Below are positions 59,792 to 64,000 of a stretch of 64,000 bases of DNA, one piece after another. Position numbers and translations under genes: made by a program. The number at the start of each line of letters is the position of its first letter. Within the stretch, counting starts at the first letter, position 1. The stretch lies in the IMG/VR virus record IMGVR_UViG_3300020450_000017, positions 8,965-72,964 of that record; one strand, 5' to 3'. Source of the stretch: a virus. The notes beneath the pieces were generated by a model that saw only the letters and a program-made list of their open reading frames with translations, did not search any database and was not told the origin of the DNA.

Positions 59792-59858
59792 CAGTTCATT
59801 GAAATCTTGGTTTAATTCGCTGATGACGTCACTGCGTAAATTTATGACGCACCAATAT

Positions 59859-59932
59859 GGGAACGTAGCTCAATTGGTTAGAGCATCAAGCTTATATCTT
59901 GAAGGTCGCAGGTTCAATTCCTGCCGTTCCTA
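59859..59932 (+). tRNA. tRNA-Ile(UAU)
   Basis: GGGAACG/CGTTCCT, TCAAG-CTTATAT-CTTGA, GTTCAATTCC. Confidence 0.9.
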
Positions 59933-59933
59933 C

Positions 59934-60282
59934 AAATGAAATGAAGGAAACCCCACCGCGCTGATCACGCACGGGGGGGTATGACTGAATGTGTTCCTAT
60001 GATTTAGGGGAACAAAGTACACATGCTAATGGGCAGCTTTACTTACAGCAAGCGCTGTGAGACTAGGTGGGCTTATTAGGGTGTGGTTGTGTGGTTAGAA
60101 ACTAAATTTCTACTAGTCGATATTGTGAACTTCAATTGGGGTTAGCAGCCATGAAGTGAAACAAATGACAGGTATGCGGGATTAACAATCCTCATGTGCC
60201 GTTATGAGTTACCAATATTATTCGCCTGCTTGCCGCGCTTAAGAGCCTGAATAACTCTTTACCCATTCCTTCATTTTCATTT
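59934..60282 (+). ncRNA. Unassigned ~350-nt structured RNA in the tRNA array
   Basis: Terminal helix AAATGAAATGAAGGAA/TTCCTTCATTTTCATTT, many internal helices, no ORF in the track, raised GC. Confidence 0.7.
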
Positions 60283-60284
60283 AT

Positions 60285-60357
60285 AATCTCGTAGCTCAGT
60301 TGGTAGAGCAACGCCCTTTTAAGGCGTGGGTCGTCGGTTCAAGCCCGACCGGGATTA
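60285..60357 (+). tRNA. tRNA-Lys(UUU)
   Basis: AATCTCG/CGGGATT, ACGCC-CTTTTAA-GGCGT, GTTCAAGCCC. Confidence 0.92.
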
Positions 60358-60376
60358 CAGCGTGTGAGGCGAATGG

Positions 60377-60451
60377 GGTTCTTTAGCTCAGTTGGTTCAG
60401 AGCATCTCGTTTACACCGAGAGGGTCGCTGGTTCGAGTCCAGCAAGAACTA
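60377..60451 (+). tRNA. tRNA-Val(UAC)
   Basis: GGTTCTT/AAGAACT, TCTCG-TTTACAC-CGAGA, GTTCGAGTCC. Confidence 0.93.
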
Positions 60452-60473
60452 CAAACTTATTAAATTAATTATT

Positions 60474-60668
60474 ATGAATAGATTCAAAACATTCATGGGT
60501 GTATACTACCCTATAGTATTAGCGTTTGTTTCATTTTTATACTCCGTTTCATTATGGTTTACAGGAAACAAACTAGAAGGAATATTTGTTGGAATTTGGG
60601 TACCCTCTATTTTAGCATTTTCAATTGCAATTAGACAACGTAGAAACGACTTAAATAGAAAGCGATGA
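60474..60668 (+). CDS. Small membrane protein
   Basis: SVSLWF..GIFVGIWVPSIL. Confidence 0.65.
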   Translation: MNRFKTFMGVYYPIVLAFVSFLYSVSLWFTGNKLEGIFVGIWVPSILAFSIAIRQRRNDLNRKR

Positions 60669-60919
60669 ACATAATTATGTTTTTGATTGGTAGTGCTATT
60701 TTTATAGCATATATGTTTGGTTTACTTACTATGATTAATAACGCTCATAAGGACCAGGCTAATACTGATAGGCATACATTACATGCAGATGAAATGGATA
60801 TGGATGGTATGGGTAATTTTAGCCGTATGCCATCAAATATTAAAGTAAAAAAGCGTAATGCAAGGAAGAAAAAAAAGACAGTACGAAGACAGTTGGTGGA
60901 TGATAGAAAAAGCAAGTAA
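60665..60919 (+). CDS. Membrane-anchored hypothetical protein
   Basis: N-terminal TM, DMDGMGNF, basic tail. Confidence 0.55.
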   Translation: MNIIMFLIGSAIFIAYMFGLLTMINNAHKDQANTDRHTLHADEMDMDGMGNFSRMPSNIKVKKRNARKKKKTVRRQLVDDRKSK

Positions 60920-60925
60920 GTGCTT

Positions 60926-60957
60926 TTTGGCTTCCCTAATTTTTTACCTTATATTCA
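60926..60957 (+). promoter_or_regulatory. Bacteroidota-type promoter
   Basis: TTTG at 60926-29, 20-nt spacer, TATATTCA at 60950-57. Confidence 0.55.
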
Positions 60958-60975
60958 CAATCATAAGTTAAGAAA

Positions 60976-61155
60976 ATGGCAAAAGAAGTAAACATTGTGG
61001 TTCTGTGTAATGAGATTTACCAGGGCCTTAAAGCGAAAGGATGTGGCATGTCCCCCATTGAGGTAATTGAAAAATCAGACCTTGGTAGTGATAGGAGTTT
61101 TAATGGTACATTTGTAAATATTATTTTTGATGCTTTAGAAAAAGCAAAAAGGTGA
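60976..61155 (+). CDS. Hypothetical protein (59 aa, not in track)
   Basis: MAKEVNIVVLCNEIYQGLK..., directly after a promoter. Confidence 0.55.
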   Translation: MAKEVNIVVLCNEIYQGLKAKGCGMSPIEVIEKSDLGSDRSFNGTFVNIIFDALEKAKR

Positions 61156-61160
61156 GGGAT

Positions 61161-61191
61161 TTTGATATTAAAAAAATCTATCGTATGTTTA
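61161..61191 (+). promoter_or_regulatory. Bacteroidota-type promoter
   Basis: TTTG at 61161-64, 19-nt spacer, TATGTTTA at 61184-91. Confidence 0.6.
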
Positions 61192-61208
61192 TAGGGTAAG
61201 ATTAAGAA

Positions 61209-62027
61209 ATGAATTTAAAACAATACAAACAAAAACAAAACAAAATGGCTGGACGTGGACGACCTCGTAAGAATGCTGTTGCACCCAAGACGGTGCTTAA
61301 GCATGTAGAATTTACTAAAATGCATGACGTGAAGTTTGATCCTTCACTGTTTACACCTGTTAAAAGTGGTACTATTGTAGATACTGTACTCAGTAATGAA
61401 GGTGGTATTTTCCCTGGTACTAATACTGTTGTGATTGGTGATCCAGGTGTAGGTAAGAGTACCGTATTGCTTGATTTGCTTGCTAATTTCCAGAGCAAGG
61501 GCAAGCGTGTGTTGTTTATCTCGGGCGAGATGAACGAAATTGATATGTTTGGTTACGTAAAGCGTTACCCCAAGTTTGGTCGTTTGCCCATTTTGTTTAT
61601 GCAAAATTACCCTCAAAACCCAAAGAGCGCTATTGAATTGTCACTTAATCAGGGATTTGATATTGTACTGATTGATAGCTGGGCTGAGGTGAATGATATG
61701 GTTCAGGAGGAGAATGGTTGGACGCGTAAGAAGGCTGAATCATGGTTGCTTGATTTGATGGATAAGCATAATAAGGCAGGTAATGAGCGTAATAAGCATA
61801 CCGCATTTATTAATATTCAGCAAATGACTAAGGGTGGTGATTTTGCGGGTTCAAATCGTATTAAGCACATGACCACAGCTATGGCTCAGCTCAAGTTTGA
61901 TGGTCGTGGACGTGATGCTTTACGTTACATGGTGTTTAGTAAGAACCGTCGAGGCGATGTTGGTGATAAGATTTACTTCTCACTGTTCCGCCCTAATAAT
62001 GTTGAATATAGCTTTGAGCAAGTATAA
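61209..62027 (+). CDS. RadA/Sms-like RecA-family ATPase with N-terminal AT-hook (start probably 61245)
   Basis: GDPGVGKST, FISGE, VLIDS, TKGGDFAGS, KNRRG; GRGRPRK. Confidence 0.8.
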   Translation: MNLKQYKQKQNKMAGRGRPRKNAVAPKTVLKHVEFTKMHDVKFDPSLFTPVKSGTIVDTVLSNEGGIFPGTNTVVIGDPGVGKSTVLLDLLANFQSKGKRVLFISGEMNEIDMFGYVKRYPKFGRLPILFMQNYPQNPKSAIELSLNQGFDIVLIDSWAEVNDMVQEENGWTRKKAESWLLDLMDKHNKAGNERNKHTAFINIQQMTKGGDFAGSNRIKHMTTAMAQLKFDGRGRDALRYMVFSKNRRGDVGDKIYFSLFRPNNVEYSFEQV

Positions 62028-62108
62028 AGATTTGTTTTGTGTTGTTGCAGAGGGGGGTTCGGAGCAATCCGGCTCCGTCCCCCTGATGTTACATTAAAAT
62101 TAAAAATA

Positions 62109-62537
62109 ATGGTATTTAGTACAGATAAATTTATAACAACAATTAGAAAGCAACTGGATGGAATTGCAGATGATTTTGTTAATGATATGTGTGATGATGC
62201 TTGTATTGTAGCACGTCGCCTTATTGATGAAACTAATGATGCTAAGTGTTTGGATCATATGAATGAAATTAGTACACTGGCCGAAATGTGTACTAATATG
62301 AGACATGATTGTAATGCTTTGGCTAGTGCATTTGAAGATGTGTTTAGACGTGAACACGGTAGTGGTAAAGAAGCCGCTACTGGTTTAGATGCTATGAAAA
62401 TTATTACTGAAATTGGTAATGATATTAATGTAATTGCCCCACATATTAGTTGGTTATTTGAAGATAGTGATTGTACTATCATCCAAAACATTTACAACGA
62501 TTCGTTTTTTGCGCCGGCTGAAGGTCAGCCGGTTTAA
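62109..62537 (+). CDS. Hypothetical protein
   Basis: ATG at 62109 after an A-rich leader; the upstream extension in the track runs through a hairpin. Confidence 0.6.
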   Translation: MVFSTDKFITTIRKQLDGIADDFVNDMCDDACIVARRLIDETNDAKCLDHMNEISTLAEMCTNMRHDCNALASAFEDVFRREHGSGKEAATGLDAMKIITEIGNDINVIAPHISWLFEDSDCTIIQNIYNDSFFAPAEGQPV

Positions 62538-62563
62538 CAGTTTAATCTTAACCCAAATACACA

Positions 62564-62779
62564 ATGGCTAAAGATAACCCCACCAAACCAGGAGGTATGC
62601 GTCGTTTTGATGAGCTAGTGGCTCTGAAAAATGTGTTTGGCAATGATTCCGTCTTGCTTGAAGAGCTTGTTCGAGTCATGTCCAACCGTGATGCAAGTTA
62701 CCTGTTTAGGCGTGTTGCTAAGTCGTTTGATGTTACAGGTGCTCTGAATAGAGAACTTGATACTATCAACCAGCGGTAA
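62564..62779 (+). CDS. Hypothetical protein
   Basis: LLEELVRVMS motif. Confidence 0.6.
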   Translation: MAKDNPTKPGGMRRFDELVALKNVFGNDSVLLEELVRVMSNRDASYLFRRVAKSFDVTGALNRELDTINQR

Positions 62780-62801
62780 CTTGATACCTAAAAATCAATT
62801 A

Positions 62802-62845
62802 AGAGATGAGGACCTTTGAGTCCTCATCTTTCGTTCGTATGTTTA
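62802..62845 (+). promoter_or_regulatory. Terminator hairpin overlapping a Bacteroidota-type promoter
   Basis: AGAGATGAGGAC-CTTTGA-GTCCTCATCTTT with TTTG (62815-18) in the loop; 19 nt to TATGTTTA at 62838-45. Confidence 0.6.
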
Positions 62846-62864
62846 CGGTATAAGATTAAAGCAT

Positions 62865-63095
62865 ATGAGTTTATTGAATGAATTAATTCCTGAAGTGCGT
62901 AAACAGCTTGAAGCAGATAAGGAGCAGTACCCCTTTCTGTATAAAACAATTATTGCTGATATACAAAAAGCACAATTGAGTACTGATGTTAAAGTTTCAA
63001 CTGCTAATACATTAATTGGTTATGCTGAGGTTGCTAATGTAGAGTTTGAAAGTGATAGTTTTGTTTTGAAATTGTATAATGTATTTGGACGGTAA
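62865..63095 (+). CDS. Hypothetical protein
   Basis: 76 aa ORF after the promoter. Confidence 0.6.
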   Translation: MSLLNELIPEVRKQLEADKEQYPFLYKTIIADIQKAQLSTDVKVSTANTLIGYAEVANVEFESDSFVLKLYNVFGR

Positions 63096-63196
63096 TGGAA
63101 GACAAAATAGATGAATTGTTCCAGCAATTGCTGGATGATGGTTATACAGTTGAACAAGCCGCTGATATGGCTTACCTTGAATTTAATGGACGATGA
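63095..63196 (+). CDS. Small acidic peptide (33 aa, not in track)
   Basis: MEDKIDELFQQLLDDGYTVEQAADMAYLEFNGR; coupled on both sides. Confidence 0.5.
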   Translation: MEDKIDELFQQLLDDGYTVEQAADMAYLEFNGR

Positions 63197-63360
63197 GAAA
63201 TGAATTGTTTGATATATTGAGTGAAATGGTTGAACATGTTGGTGTTGAGGTAATTTTGGATGAATTACTCCAAGCCATGACTACTGATGAATTAGAAGCT
63301 AATGTTAAGCATCTTGATCAACACCTTTTTGAAAATCATTTTTTGACCCGTGAAGATTGA
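63193..63360 (+). CDS. Hypothetical protein (55 aa, not in track)
   Basis: MRNELFDILSEMVEHVGVEVILDELLQAMTTDEL... Confidence 0.55.
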   Translation: MRNELFDILSEMVEHVGVEVILDELLQAMTTDELEANVKHLDQHLFENHFLTRED

Positions 63361-63390
63361 AAATTCGTTCGTATATTAAAATAAAAAAGG

Positions 63391-63576
63391 ATGGGTAATA
63401 TGAGCTACTGCCGGTTTGAAAACACAATGGCCGACCTAAAAGATTGTTTGCGTAACATTGATCATGAGGCAGAAAATAATCGTGATGAATCAGCGCGTCA
63501 AGAAATGATTGAACTATTTAGAGAAATTTTTGAGGATTGGGATGGTGATGTTATTCAATACGCCTTATACCTTTAA
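63391..63576 (+). CDS. Small phage protein
   Basis: NMSYCRFENT..DLKDC motif. Confidence 0.7.
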   Translation: MGNMSYCRFENTMADLKDCLRNIDHEAENNRDESARQEMIELFREIFEDWDGDVIQYALYL

Positions 63577-63600
63577 CAACATTAATAATAACAAAACAAT

Positions 63601-64000
63601 ATGGATTTTTGGGAAGTAATTGAAAAAATGGATTTTAATGGCCTTGGCCATGAAGAGGCAGGTCGTTGGCTTGTTGAGGAGAGTGGTTTATCTGCTACGC
63701 AACTTGAAAATTTTTCTAAAACAGCGAACCGCAAAGTAGCATATATCATGCGTTTGTTGAATAGTGTCACTGGAGTTAGTGATGATGGATACAGTGATGT
63801 GTGTTGGCAAATCCTTGCTAATGGACAAGAAGCATATAAAAATGCTACAGTTGAGTCCACTCAGGAAATGATTGATAATAATGATTACACTGAGAGCTTT
63901 GCCTATGCATTTCATGCTGTGGATGATGTAGTAATAGAACATCAGGCTGCACTTGAGTACCTAAAGCAAGAACGTCACCTTGAGGAGGTACGTAAGGGCT
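63601..64000 (+). CDS. DUF4240-like protein (partial, runs off window)
   Basis: MDFWEVIE...VSDDGYSDVCWQILANGQEAY..YTESFAY. Confidence 0.6.
   Translation, partial: MDFWEVIEKMDFNGLGHEEAGRWLVEESGLSATQLENFSKTANRKVAYIMRLLNSVTGVSDDGYSDVCWQILANGQEAYKNATVESTQEMIDNNDYTESFAYAFHAVDDVVIEHQAALEYLKQERHLEEVRKG

Noticed and set aside
59521-59799. 92-aa minus-strand ORF
   Set aside because: It is the antisense of tRNA-Leu and tRNA-Arg
59934-60282. tmRNA or canonical RNase P RNA
   Set aside because: No GGGG...TCCACCA tRNA-like ends or tag ORF; the P4-like 3' strand lies mid-molecule rather than next to the closing helix
62037-62108. N-terminal extension MCCCRGGFG... of the track ORF
   Set aside because: It reads through a GC hairpin; ATG 62109 with an A-rich leader is the more plausible start

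Overview
64 kb from a large, AT-rich, T4-like/jumbo-type tailed dsDNA phage. The standard genetic code is used and essentially every gene is on the + strand. The host is most likely in Bacteroidota: promoters match TTTG-N19/20-TAnnTTnA, Shine-Dalgarno motifs are largely absent, and there is a DUF4494-like gene. Gene order: end of a baseplate/tail module (1-4.7 kb); a replication and nucleotide-metabolism block (divergent PolA-like protein, CysK, gp32-like SSB, UvsX, RNase H, helicase, NrdB/NrdA); a 7-deazaguanine DNA-modification cluster (QueD, TGT-fold DpdA-like, QueC, QueE, HPRT, FolE, MazG-like); a split PolB, sliding clamp, GroES/GroEL and clamp loader; a ~17 kb glycan-biosynthesis island including a GT29 sialyltransferase-like gene and a CMP-ulosonate synthetase; small late and virion genes, Hsp20 and a MoxR-type ATPase; and an early-type region with five tRNAs, all with U34, including the rare Ile-UAU. 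The least explained signals are (1) a ~350-nt highly structured non-coding RNA inside the tRNA array, (2) a PolA-like enzyme whose steric-gate residue is changed, (3) HPRT and MazG-like genes embedded in the deazaguanine cluster, (4) an hsp20 mRNA whose two UTRs can base-pair with each other, and (5) the only minus-strand gene, a tiny lipoprotein, next to Pho-box-like repeats. All calls come from reading motifs by eye; no database searches were run.
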